The notes: generated by a model not told the origin, from the sequence alone. Positions 1-10,625 are shown, numbered from the whole stretch's first letter. The stretch is DNA of 63,599 nt, filler included, from Asterionella formosa (GCA_002256025.1; 6 parts of 6 records of this genome joined end to end with filler, not necessarily neighbours in it); one strand, 5' to 3'. Numbers and translations are program-made.

Positions 1-1026
1 GATACTTGGCGTATTGCTATTCCTACATCATTATTGGATCCTATTATTAATTGGTATCATCAGATGTTAGCTCATGTGGGTATGACAAGATTAAATGCTA
101 CAATTGCTACACATTTTTATCACCCTATATTAAAAACAAGAGTGGAACATATTGTAAGAGTATGTGAAGCATGTCAACGTACAAAATTACCTGGTACTGG
201 TTTTGGTGAACTTCCACCCAGGAATGCATTATTATTACCATGGTCAGAAGTCGCAGTAGATCTAATTGGTCCATGGAAGATAACAGTGGCTGCTCAAACG
301 ATTGAATTTCGTGCTCTAACTTGTATTGACACAGTCACCAATTTAGCAGAAATTTCACGTATCATCAATAAAACATCAGAATATATTGCAATGAAATTTG
401 AAAATGATTGGTTAGCCAGATATCCCCGTCCAGAACGTTGTATACATGACAATGGAGGTGAATTTACTGGTGCTCCTTTCTTACACATGTTAGTATTGAA
501 TGGAATCAAAGATGTGACTACCACAGTAAAGAATCCACAAGCAAATGCTATCTGTGAACGTTTCCATCAATCTATCAGCAATAGTCTACGAGTTATGTTA
601 AAGGCTCATCCTCCAATCAATGAATTTCAAGCCCAAAATATTGTGGATACATGTTTTGCAGCTGCGTCATATGCAGCTCGAGCTACTATTCATAGTATAT
701 TACGTATTTCACCAGGAGCATGGGTTTTCCAACGTGATATGATATTAAATATTCCTTTGATTACAGATTTACAATTAATACATCAACGTCGACAGGTGAT
801 AATTGACGAACGTTTACGTCGTGCAAATTTCCGTCGTCGATCTTATGATTACAAAGTGGGTGACGAGATTTTAATATTATTGGATAATCCTACTACTTTG
901 GATGATCGTGGACGAGGTCCTTATACTATTATTCAAGTACATGCCAATGGTACAGTTACTTTTCAACGCACTATGCATATTACCGAACGAATTAATATTC
1001 GTCGTATCAAACCTTTTCATAGGTAA
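1..1026 (+). mobile_element. Ty3/gypsy LTR retrotransposon pol 3' end (integrase), 5'-truncated by scaffold start
   Basis: Frame is open from base 1. HHCC zinc finger (WYHQMLAH...CEAC), DDE core (AVDLIGP / IHDNGGEF / NAICERFH), GPY/F motif (RGPYTIIQVHANGTV). Integrase is last and is followed by a PPT and LTR, which is the gypsy order. Confidence 0.95.
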
Positions 1027-1040
1027 AAGGTTTTCCCTCA

Positions 1041-1248
1041 AGTGTGGGAGAGTGAGCAATCCTGCACATCGATACAGATATATATAGAGTTGGGGTTATG
1101 TCAAATATATCGGAATTCAATAATGAGAGAACTCAACTAACACCCATTCTATACTTTTGATGTCAGTTCAGGAAATGAGTTATACATAAGGATTAATTAA
1201 TAAGCTCATATATTCAACAAATACTACTACTTCTAGTTAGATACTTCA
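1041..1248 (+). mobile_element. Polypurine tract (1041-1052) and 196-bp 3' LTR (1053-1248) of the gypsy element
   Basis: AGTGTGGGAGAG is followed by TGAG...TTCA. Boundaries are confirmed by the homologous solo LTR at 54681-54869. Confidence 0.9.
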
Positions 1249-1275
1249 AGCGGTACCCCCGGTATCTGGTGCCAG

Positions 1276-1365
1276 CAAGTTGCGGTCATTTTGCTTAAAC
1301 TAACATTTTAATCTGGGATATAAAGAAAGCTAAATCCTTAGTATGAGCAAAATTACCGCAACTTG
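1276..1365. mobile_element. ~90-bp MITE family A, copy 1 (Tourist/Harbinger-like)
   Basis: TIRs CAAGTTGCGGTCATTTTGCT / AGCAAAATTACCGCAACTTG, flanked by a CAG direct repeat. Three more copies are in the window. Confidence 0.8.
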
Positions 1366-1791
1366 CAGTATTCCGGAGTACCTGTCACTCCCAGGTGCTA
1401 TGAATGAGTCTACCTTGTACTAGTACCATCAGCACGTATGGACATGGAGCTACCAGGTACCCCTGGAAGGTCCAATAAAACACGTTTTTAACGAAAATAT
1501 TAGGCTAAATATCTCGATCAACGGACTTTCCTGCCCATGTATATACCTACCTAGGACTGGAGAAGGTACCAGGTACTAGACTGAATACAAGGTAACGATG
1601 ATAAATAAAAGCATGGATGTGAGCATTTTTTGCCTAATAATTACTGTAGAAACTAGAAATTCTGCTAGTTTCTTAGTGCTCGGTCTTTTTTCGACGATGT
1701 CACCTCCATTAGGACAGCCGGTGTGTCACTGATGCTGATGCATCGAATTCGAAATCGAAATCAACTCAAATTACTTGGACGTTGCGGAACC

Positions 1792-3168
1792 ATGGCAAGT
1801 AAGCCCCACGATTCCATACACCAGATGGTAGGCCCCGAGGATCCTCCAGCAGCTCATGAACACGTAATGAAGCTGTCAATGGAACAAGCAATCAAATTCT
1901 GGGAAAGTCCTTCGTTGCTTGGAGTCAGTTCCAGTGACAAGCTTGCGTATCTGAGGAGCAAAGGCCTGTGTGAAGCTAAGATTCATCAAATGTGGGATCA
2001 AATCATGGCAAGAGACGAGGCATCAGCGGATAAACCATCAAATTTGACGCATCAATCACAATCAACATCGGTCAGAACGTCGACATTTCCTGGACAATAC
2101 CCATTCGGCTCATCGCTTCCACAACAAACATATCCATACCAACCCCAATTCCAAGAAGACCAAAGCGCATTGTCGCGAAGCATACCTGCGCTTTTGACTG
2201 TAGGTGGTATATTGGGACTGGCAGCAGCAGCCTCTGTTAGATGGCTAAACGGTGGCGACTTTTCGCTTTTTCCTCCCCCCACAAAGGGGAACGACATCAT
2301 TGTGGTCGAGTCGAGTAGCAACCTAGTTTTTCAAGAGGAGGAATACTCCGAAGAAGAGTACAGAACCAATGATAATATGGAGGAACTTTCAGACATGATC
2401 AAGACGAATTTTAGAAAGCAAGAAACGTTGCTTCATCGGTTAGTCGACAAATCTGGGAAGGATTTTACGGACAAGTCAATGGCTCTACTCAAGGAAGGTA
2501 AGCATGATGACATGGAGCAGATCGAAAAGATGAAAAATATGTTGGTTGATGTTTTTGACAGGTTGGATGAATTGAAGCAAGAGTTGGATGGGCACTGTGT
2601 TCTGCAAATCACGATGGTACTTGAGAAATTGGAAGGATGCATAAAACTGAATGATGGGCTACTACGTGACGAAGGCTGTATTCCGGTACCGCTTGGCAAA
2701 ACAGCGCCAATTGGGTGCCTAAAATCAACGCATGAATCAATAATGGTAACAAGGGAAATTGGTGAAACTCGTCCTGTAGATCCTCTTTATAAAGCCATTG
2801 AGCAGTTGGTTTTGGACAACGACTCAATTGCACTCAAAGAGGGCGTTCAGTTTCTTTACCTTTACATTCTTAATCTTTCAAACCACCCTCATGTTCCAAG
2901 ATATCGCAAAATTTATACTTCCAACGAATCCTTCCAGAAGGTGGGAACCCTCAATGGTGGCAAAGAACTCCTTTTAGCATTAGATTTTATAGAAGAGTCC
3001 GACAATTTGCTGGCATGGAAACCAGTAGAAAATGAACAGCAGTCAGTGAAAAAGTTGACGGAAGCACTTGCTGCTCTGAGCATTCTTAAATCGACAACAA
3101 TGGACCAAGAAAAGCAATCAATGGCAGTCTCGGCATTGGCAGCAATTTCGTCGCAACCAGCGGAATAG
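1792..3168 (+). CDS. Pex14 N-terminal-domain membrane protein with C-terminal PUB domain
   Basis: EQAIKFWESPSLLGVSSSDKLAYLRSKGL matches the Pex14_N pattern, followed by a hydrophobic segment (LLTVGGILGLAAAASVRW) and a coiled coil. C-terminal LYLYILNLSNHPHVPRYRKIYTSNESFQKV..GGKELLLALDF is PUB-like. Start taken at accATGG 1792; the ORF is open from 1723. Confidence 0.8.
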   Translation: MASKPHDSIHQMVGPEDPPAAHEHVMKLSMEQAIKFWESPSLLGVSSSDKLAYLRSKGLCEAKIHQMWDQIMARDEASADKPSNLTHQSQSTSVRTSTFPGQYPFGSSLPQQTYPYQPQFQEDQSALSRSIPALLTVGGILGLAAAASVRWLNGGDFSLFPPPTKGNDIIVVESSSNLVFQEEEYSEEEYRTNDNMEELSDMIKTNFRKQETLLHRLVDKSGKDFTDKSMALLKEGKHDDMEQIEKMKNMLVDVFDRLDELKQELDGHCVLQITMVLEKLEGCIKLNDGLLRDEGCIPVPLGKTAPIGCLKSTHESIMVTREIGETRPVDPLYKAIEQLVLDNDSIALKEGVQFLYLYILNLSNHPHVPRYRKIYTSNESFQKVGTLNGGKELLLALDFIEESDNLLAWKPVENEQQSVKKLTEALAALSILKSTTMDQEKQSMAVSALAAISSQPAE

Positions 3169-3487
3169 AAACAATTGTACCCTCTTGTTGACCTGCCGAG
3201 TCCTTCATAACGCATGGATGATCTGGGGCATGACGAAGTCATCAATTTGTTAACATAAAACATGACAGATCCACTTCGTTTAATTGGATCGAGATTTATT
3301 TTTCTGATCCGAATAATTTTGGACTTGTTGGATTTCCGCCATTGATAACCGGGTTGAAAATTTTTCATTTGCTGCTCTGTCTTTGAAATAGTCTATAGGA
3401 TATGGTTAAGCGACTATGAAGTACACTATCAGTGATGGACTAAAGGATGAACACAACGAATACATCGGGATTTCTATTGTTTATCCT

Positions 3488-6400
3488 TTATCGTGATAAA
3501 TGCAAGTCCTTTCTTGGAGCCTTACTTAACTTTTTTTGGGCCCACCTTATCCACTGCAAAGTGTTGACGATACTTGGGTGATCATCAGCCATGCCAGTTT
3601 CACGGTAGGTACGCAAGGCCTCCTTGTATTTCTCAAGTGACAAGGTGAATTTGCCTGTGTTAGCATAGACAATCGCCATGTTGTAGAGAGTGTCCGCAAC
3701 CTTCATGTCGCAGTCTCCTAATTGAATCTTTCTACTCCGCAAAGCTTGATCGTAACGAACAATTGCTTGGTCATATTCTTTTAAGTTCTTGTGAACCAGC
3801 CCCATGTTATGGAGTGTATCGCTGCATTTTTCATGGTCGGGACCAAGCTGGGCTTCTCGAATACGGAGAGCATCTGTAAAGCATTGCATGGCGTTATCGT
3901 GCTCACCTTTCTTCATGTAAACAACTCCCATATTATTACGTGTCGCGGCCACATCCACATCATCAGGACCCAACTTTCCGAGACGAAAATCGTACGCATC
4001 TTTGTAAGCCGCCATGGCTGATTCCAGCTCGCCCATCATGTAATAAACATCTCCCATGTTATGTAAAGTCAACGCAACCTCTAAATGATCTGGTCCAAGC
4101 TTCAACCGTCTAATTATGAGTGCTTCCTCGTAGCTGCTGATGGCTTCTTTGAAGTTGGCAAGTTTCTGGTAAACCAGCCCCATCGAATAGAGGGTATCTG
4201 CAACTTTCTCGTTCTTTTTGCCAAACTTTTGCCTTCCAAGGCGTATAGCATCTTCGAAGCATTCCAATGCTTTATCATAATTACAATTTTCGTAATAAAC
4301 CAAACCCAAATTATGCAGGGTCCTAGCAACATCTTCGTGTTCGTCTCCAAGAATCAGTCGTCGAATACGAAGGCACTCTTCATAGAAACGCATCGCATCG
4401 CCAACTTCTCCCATGTCACTCAAAGCAACTCCAATGTGATGCAGGACACGTGCAACCTCTTCGTGCTCATCTCCAAATTTATCCTTTCGTATTCTTAAGG
4501 CTTCTTGGTAGCAGCTGATCGCAGAGTCATGGTCTCCACGCTTATTATGGACGAGGCCGAGGTTGAAGTGCACATCAGCAACATCAATGTGTTCTGGTCC
4601 ATGTCTTCTGATTTTAATAAAAAGCGCTTCCGAATAGCACTCGACAGACTTGTCAAATACCCCCATCATACCGTACACAATACCCATACTATTCAGAGTC
4701 TCTGCAACTTGAGGGTGAGTGTCGCCAAGATTTGCCTTTTGAATCGCAAGGGACTGAGCATAAGTTTCAATGGCTTTTTCATGTTTTCCTATCATCCCGT
4801 ATATCATTCCTATACTGTTCAACGAAAGGATAATACGGCGATGGTCGATCTCAATCTGCGTTCTCTCGATTCGGACGGATTCTTCGTAGTAGCGGACAGC
4901 CTGCTCGTAATCACATTGAAAGAGATACTGATGAGCCATGTGGCGAAAAGTTCTTGCGACGCTGCTGTGGTTCTCGCCCAAAATAAGGATTTTCAAACGC
5001 AAAGCCCTTTCGTATATTTCAACCGCGGCCATCGCATCACCACTTTCTGCAATGAAGGTCCCAATAAGATGAAAAGCTCGTCCGACTTCTCCCTTTTCTC
5101 GCTCGCCCTTTATAGCTGTCCCTATATCACCAACAGGGAAGGTTGCTGTCAGGACGGAAATCATGACCGCAACTGTAGTTTTCTCAACGTCAACTGGATC
5201 GATACTAGCGCCATCCCCTCCAAAATCATGTATTCCTTCGCGTGCCAGCTTGGATCGTTTGAATAGTTCGTCCAAATTGGCTCGATGTTGATTGGTTGCA
5301 TCGAACGCCCCTAAGGCGAGAATGCGTCCATAGAAGAAACGCTGATTTGTCAAAATACGAGATGCCTCCATGACTCGCCCACATCGCATCAAATGAGAAG
5401 GGTACATCTGAAGCGCATATGATGTCGCATCGCCAAAAGGGCTCATCTTCGTCATGGAGGGCATATCGTCCACCGGCATCCCTTCAGCAATGCTGCCGCG
5501 AACATGGTCAACCATAATTATTTGATCTTCATACAGTTTGCGAAGACAGGCCTTGGACATGGCATCTGTCCATCGCTTCATCGTGTCAAACTCCTGAAAT
5601 ACACTTGACCGTATCGCCTCATTACTATTAGTTTCCATCAATGCAAACCCACCTTCATGAACATGAAGAGATGACAAAAAAACTCCATACTGGTGCTGCA
5701 TGTCTTTATAGATTTGAAAATATTGAGAACGCTTCCTAGCACGCAAGTTCACTTTTCTCTCGTTCCATCCAAAGAAATCAAGCTCAACATCGGAATCATC
5801 ACCAGCAAAATATCCCTCGTACTCGTCTTCATTTGTAATATCAGATTCATCAAATAAAGTTTCCATCTCATCCTCATCTGGATCATCGATTCTGCGGCCA
5901 GCAAGCTCCAAGAATCCATGTTCTACTAGAAATTCTCGAATCTGAAAAAGGAAAGGATCCTTCGTTTTGGCACGGCGATCGCTCTTGTCCCTGTCATGAA
6001 CGTTTGATGCCGGCATTGACCCAAAGCCAAAGAAACCATGCTTTGGAGCAACCTTCTTCGTAGGCTGGAAGCGCGACAAGAAGCCAGCTCGTGGTCGAGT
6101 TGCTTCGGGGACTTCTTCGCAGTTAATATATTTGATGAAAGTTTTTACCGCTTCTTCGGAGATTGATGGGTCGCGCTTCGAGATGATTTCGTGCTCGTTT
6201 ATTTCCAAGACGTACATTCCTGTCTTGGGACAAAATGAGCAATATGCCCCTCCTATCAACTCGCTCCACAACATGCGAGCAGCTTGGACCGGAATCGATG
6301 GAATACGGGTGTATGAAAATGGAGAATGTTGGTCCGTTGGAATGGTAGAGGTCGCGCAGAAGACGACCGATAATGACGCAAACATTAGTTTGTATACTTG

Positions 6401-8881
6401 CAAGACATCAGAGTTAATTCGAGTATTCGATAGTTCCTTGTCAAACATCCTAAACATGGCTGAAGTTCCAGGCGTCGTGGTTATGGCGGTCCCGAGGAAA
6501 TTCTCTCGAAGATTGGAATCAACGACACTTGAATTTCTCTTCATTAGTCCACGGTCGCAGAGAGCATTGCCCCAAAATTCCCGACGACCCTTACGAGCAC
6601 TTTCCTCTTCGCCTTCTGACTCATCCGGACGACTTTCGTCAACAGTCATCGTGGTGTTTTTGCTTCCTTCGTCGTCTTTTGAATCTTCCCTTTCCCGGGG
6701 TTTTACAACCTCGCGGCGGCCATGTCGCGAGCCTCGAGAATCTTCTTTCGCATGGATATCAAGGGTTCGGCGGCTACTGTCGCTTGATGGAGACTTCTGA
6801 TTCATTTCGAGCAATCGGTCGTCAGCCGTATTGCGAGAAGATTGCGATACACAGGCAGGTCCCGAGATTTTGATTTTTTTGGTGCCAGACTTCAAGATTG
6901 TGTCACCCAAAACAACAGTGGCAGGTTCAAAAGCACTGACTTCACGTGCCTCCTTCTGGTCCCCAGTGATTTTTCCATGCTTGATGCTCCAATTGTTTCG
7001 ATTATTATTATTATTAGCTGTGCTGTTTTCTCTGTTGCTTGCACTCACTGTTATACTCTTGTTATCATCACTGGGTTTTCCCTTTCTGCTTTTATTTCTA
7101 TCGTCGACGTCAGGACGAGTTGGAGCACTCGTAAGTTCGAGTCGCTTCACGTCCTCGAGCGTTCCCCTCGGCTCTTCTTGGCAATAATCAGCTCGTTTCA
7201 TTCCGTCCTCCCCTTTCTTTGCGTTTTCCGGTGGTCTATCGTCTGAATGTCGTCGTGTACTACTTGTATCAATGGATTTCTCGCCGTGTGAACGCGTCGA
7301 TCTGCTGCTCCTTTGAGATTCCTCAGTGCCGGATTTTCGTGACTTTCTCGATTGATCGCTGTTTTGACTACTTGAATCAGGAAATCCGTGTCGATTACTG
7401 CTGTATTCTCCGGCATTCGAAAACTCGCTGGTTTCTTTTTTGGTTCCCAAATTAATTTCAGGTAGAAAATGTTCTTGCGGTGTATCAGTGTGAAATTTCT
7501 TCTTTGTATCATTGAAAGCTTCACGGGCAATACTCGAACTGGGCCGATTCCGATCATCAGCAGTGCGGGTCCCTCGAATAGAATTGGTTTCACCTGCGCT
7601 GCTCGAACTAGGCCGATCTCGGTCGGCAGTTCTGATCCCTCTGCCAGAATCGAAAACACCGGCGCTGTTCGAATTAAGCCTATATCGGTCAGAGGTGCCG
7701 ATCCCTCCACTAGAATTGGTTTCACCAGTGCTGCTCAAACAAGGCAGATTTCGATCAACGGAGCGGATCCCTCCGCTAGAATTGATTTCACCGGCACTGC
7801 TCGATTTGGGTCTATACCGATCATTATCGATGTGCATCCCTCCACTAGAATTGGTTTCACGGATACTGCTCGAATTGGGCCTATACCGATCATCAGCGGT
7901 GCGCATCCCTACACTAGCATTATTTTCACGGGAAGTTCTTGACCTGGGTAGATTCCGATCATCAGTGGAGCTCATCCCTCTGCTGGAATTCGTTTCACTC
8001 ATATTGCTTGACCTCGGTCGATTCCGATCATCAGTGGTGCGCATCCCTCTGCTAGAATTGGTTTCACGAGTGCTGCTCGAACTGGGACGATTCCGATTAT
8101 CTTCTGCGCGCACCCCCTTGCTAGAATTGGTTTCACGGGAGCTGTTTGTTCTTTGCCGAACGGGTCGATCGCGATCATCATTGGAGCGTGTGCCTCTGTT
8201 CTCATTTTTTAGGTTGCGTTCATCGTCACCTGCCCTTCTCCTGCTTCTACTCCTATCATCCAGAGGAGGTCGAATCGGTACAATTATACCTTCAAAATCC
8301 GTGTCCAACCTTTCCATATTTGGGATCCTCGCACGATCTCGACGATGATCCATTCCGCTTGATGGAATGAGTGATCCAGTTTGGTCGTCGCTGGTGGTTC
8401 CGGAGCTGCTGCTGCCCACCCTGCTCGTTCTACCCTTCTGATCATTGCTGTGCTTCCCACCAACACCTCTGCTTCTATTCTCGAGGGAAAAACGAGTTGG
8501 AGCACTCGCAAGTTCGAATAGCTTGTCTTCAACGTTCGCTCTCCTTGAATGATCTAGGCGATCTGCTCGTTTCATTCTATCATCTTCGTCCTTTGCATTC
8601 GCCTGTCGCCTATCTTTTGAATGTCGACTGCTGTTGCTACTGCTATGACGGGTGCTACTTGTATCTATTGACTTTTCGGTTTCAGAACGCATCGACCTAC
8701 TGCTCCTTTGAGATTTCTCAGTGATGGATTTTTGAGATTGATCGCTGTTTTGACTACGACAATCAGGAGCTCCTTGTCGACGAGTGCAGCTTTCGCTGGC
8801 TTTCGAAAAGGCGACAATCGAATCTTTTGACGAGAGCTCTCCTGTTTCGTCCTCGGGATCCATGTGAGTGCCAGACATCAT
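3488..8881 (-). CDS. Large TPR-repeat protein (42-aa kinesin-light-chain/TPR_12-type repeats) with repetitive low-complexity N-terminus
   Basis: 1797-aa ORF with about 12 repeats of the type HPxVAxTLNxMGxVY...A...Y..AL.I at the C-terminus and a Ser/Arg/Asp-rich N-terminus. Confidence 0.9.
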   Translation of the reverse strand: MMSGTHMDPEDETGELSSKDSIVAFSKASESCTRRQGAPDCRSQNSDQSQKSITEKSQRSSRSMRSETEKSIDTSSTRHSSSNSSRHSKDRRQANAKDEDDRMKRADRLDHSRRANVEDKLFELASAPTRFSLENRSRGVGGKHSNDQKGRTSRVGSSSSGTTSDDQTGSLIPSSGMDHRRDRARIPNMERLDTDFEGIIVPIRPPLDDRSRSRRRAGDDERNLKNENRGTRSNDDRDRPVRQRTNSSRETNSSKGVRAEDNRNRPSSSSTRETNSSRGMRTTDDRNRPRSSNMSETNSSRGMSSTDDRNLPRSRTSRENNASVGMRTADDRYRPNSSSIRETNSSGGMHIDNDRYRPKSSSAGEINSSGGIRSVDRNLPCLSSTGETNSSGGIGTSDRYRLNSNSAGVFDSGRGIRTADRDRPSSSSAGETNSIRGTRTADDRNRPSSSIAREAFNDTKKKFHTDTPQEHFLPEINLGTKKETSEFSNAGEYSSNRHGFPDSSSQNSDQSRKSRKSGTEESQRSSRSTRSHGEKSIDTSSTRRHSDDRPPENAKKGEDGMKRADYCQEEPRGTLEDVKRLELTSAPTRPDVDDRNKSRKGKPSDDNKSITVSASNRENSTANNNNNRNNWSIKHGKITGDQKEAREVSAFEPATVVLGDTILKSGTKKIKISGPACVSQSSRNTADDRLLEMNQKSPSSDSSRRTLDIHAKEDSRGSRHGRREVVKPREREDSKDDEGSKNTTMTVDESRPDESEGEEESARKGRREFWGNALCDRGLMKRNSSVVDSNLRENFLGTAITTTPGTSAMFRMFDKELSNTRINSDVLQVYKLMFASLSVVFCATSTIPTDQHSPFSYTRIPSIPVQAARMLWSELIGGAYCSFCPKTGMYVLEINEHEIISKRDPSISEEAVKTFIKYINCEEVPEATRPRAGFLSRFQPTKKVAPKHGFFGFGSMPASNVHDRDKSDRRAKTKDPFLFQIREFLVEHGFLELAGRRIDDPDEDEMETLFDESDITNEDEYEGYFAGDDSDVELDFFGWNERKVNLRARKRSQYFQIYKDMQHQYGVFLSSLHVHEGGFALMETNSNEAIRSSVFQEFDTMKRWTDAMSKACLRKLYEDQIIMVDHVRGSIAEGMPVDDMPSMTKMSPFGDATSYALQMYPSHLMRCGRVMEASRILTNQRFFYGRILALGAFDATNQHRANLDELFKRSKLAREGIHDFGGDGASIDPVDVEKTTVAVMISVLTATFPVGDIGTAIKGEREKGEVGRAFHLIGTFIAESGDAMAAVEIYERALRLKILILGENHSSVARTFRHMAHQYLFQCDYEQAVRYYEESVRIERTQIEIDHRRIILSLNSIGMIYGMIGKHEKAIETYAQSLAIQKANLGDTHPQVAETLNSMGIVYGMMGVFDKSVECYSEALFIKIRRHGPEHIDVADVHFNLGLVHNKRGDHDSAISCYQEALRIRKDKFGDEHEEVARVLHHIGVALSDMGEVGDAMRFYEECLRIRRLILGDEHEDVARTLHNLGLVYYENCNYDKALECFEDAIRLGRQKFGKKNEKVADTLYSMGLVYQKLANFKEAISSYEEALIIRRLKLGPDHLEVALTLHNMGDVYYMMGELESAMAAYKDAYDFRLGKLGPDDVDVAATRNNMGVVYMKKGEHDNAMQCFTDALRIREAQLGPDHEKCSDTLHNMGLVHKNLKEYDQAIVRYDQALRSRKIQLGDCDMKVADTLYNMAIVYANTGKFTLSLEKYKEALRTYRETGMADDHPSIVNTLQWIRWAQKKLSKAPRKDLHLSR
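7530..8140 (-). repeat. Coding minisatellite, ~9 units of 66-69 bp (ETNSSxGxRTADDRxRPxSSS)
   Basis: CTAGAATTGGTTTCAC variants recur at ~7579, 7645, 7710, 7777, 7845, 7913, 7984, 8052, 8121. Confidence 0.9.
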
Positions 8882-9962
8882 CTACAGTATCTGGTGTGGC
8901 ACTGAACAAAATTAGTAGTAGTTCGAGGAAATATCCGGGAGGAACACAGTGTGTATTGAAGTATCAAGTCCCCTCAGTCTCAGTTCCAGCACTGCACTCT
9001 TCTTGCATTCCTTTTCAAAATGAACCGAAAAATGATGCAATCTAGCGGAAGGTCGTGAAGCTTGACGCAATACGACAAATCTACTATGGCAGTCTTGAAA
9101 AGTAACTGTTTGGTATACTTGTTTCGTTTTAGTCAACAGTCATAAATACTGCGGAGCATATGTAGAGTACATATTGTACTCTTTTGTGGAATAATCGACA
9201 TGAATTCTCATTCCTTGTCCGCATAGTTTTTATGTACCGGGATATTCATTTAGAGAGAACTATGATATTTTGATTTAATCCAGTGCCCGGCCTTTTCGTT
9301 TTTCCGCCGTGGTCACTAATGACCTTCTTGTTTCGACATCCAGTCACGAGAAGTAAGAATGCTACATTTTGTTATGGGTGATGAGGATTGACGCATCATT
9401 GCAAAGATTCCTAATGTGGGACAGATCGGCTTTTTTGTCCATATAAAACCCACCACTATTCTGTGAATACCCGCCCTATGTACAAATACCGATACATAGT
9501 TTTATAGAGTCTTCTTAGTATCTATGTTCATCGAACACGAGATCTAAGTACAGTAAGTTTGAAAGCCTTTACTAGCAAATGTACCGGTTTGTTTGGGACG
9601 GGCACTATAAGGAGCACAGCCAGTTGAATTTTCAACAGTCATCCAATACACCGGTAGCACCAAGTCAGCAGTAAAAATTTAGAAGATCGATATTACTGTC
9701 GGCAGAACGGTAGGTACAAGTCCAGGGTCTACGTCAGGTGTGAATTAATTACTCCATGCCACTCACAGTAGTTCTTTATTATGTCCATGTATTCTCCAAT
9801 CTTACTTCCAGGGTTGTTATAAGCCCTTCTGTGCATGCAAGTCCATCATTTACATACTACCTGGTACCAGTTACCAGTAAGCCAAGCCAATCTGTTATGT
9901 TTCCAGTCATAACATGTCACTGTGCATTTCAGTTGGTTTAGAATAGGCTCGTGCTACCAGTA

Positions 9963-10175
9963 AAGAACTGCTGTGACCCACTGAGTTCTCCCATTCGTTT
10001 GATTAGTTCGACTAAACCAATTCCATGCCTTGCGAGAATCAAACTTCCAGGTCTTGTTAACCAAAGGAGTCAGCAGGTTGCGGATCAGTCGGTATTCTCA
10101 TTGAAGGTCGAGGTACTGAGAAACGAACCATTTAATGTGGACAAAATTGGCCGGTAATGGGTCACAGCAGTACTT
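9963..10175. mobile_element. ~210-bp MITE-like element
   Basis: Terminal inverted repeat AAGAACTGCTGTGACCCA / TGGGTCACAGCAGTACTT (14-bp perfect core, 17/18 overall). No recognisable coding content. Confidence 0.6.
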
Positions 10176-10319
10176 AAATTTTTATATATAATTGTATATA
10201 ATTTTATATACCATTATGATCATGGATTACCCCGTTTGGTTTTCGCAAAATTATTTATAAGGGTCGTTCTTATCATTCCGAATTTGCTGTATCATTTCCG
10301 GGTTGTGGGCAAAAAATGA

Positions 10320-10460
10320 CGGTTGGTATCAAAACACGGTATCAGCAACGGTAACTTGATGGTATCAATTTTGTATCATTGATACAAAATTGATACCTTT
10401 TTTTGCCCCCTCCAAAAACGGTATCAGTGATACTGACGTTTTCACGCGGGTATCATTTCC
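10320..10460. repeat. GGTATCA motif cluster with perfect 18-bp-arm hairpin (10361-10397)
   Basis: GGTATCAATTTTGTATCA-T-TGATACAAAATTGATACC, plus several more GGTATCA/TGATAC copies. Confidence 0.75.
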
Positions 10461-10525
10461 GTTGTCACTGACAAGATAACCGAAAAAAAGCCTGCAGGGC
10501 AATACTTTTATTCACATCTATATAA

Positions 10526-10625
10526 NNNNNNNNNNNNNNNNNNNNNNNNNNNNNNNNNNNNNNNNNNNNTTAATTAATTAANNNNNNNNNNNNNNNNNNN
10601 NNNNNNNNNNNNNNNNNNNNNNNNN
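10526..10625. other. Artificial scaffold-joining linker
   Basis: N44-TTAATTAATTAA-N44, which has stops in all six frames. Confidence 0.98.

Noticed and set aside
7530..8140. CRISPR-like periodicity (~66-69 bp)
   Set aside because: Whole units are similar, with no unique spacers. The array is in frame within a eukaryotic CDS and there are no cas genes.
3791..8724. Many plus-strand ORFs antisense to the TPR gene (up to 278 aa)
   Set aside because: They are shadow ORFs of a repetitive CDS with no independent domain signal.
10570..10581. TTAATTAATTAA palindrome repeated every ~10.6 kb
   Set aside because: It is embedded in identical N44 pads, so it is an artificial six-frame-stop linker.
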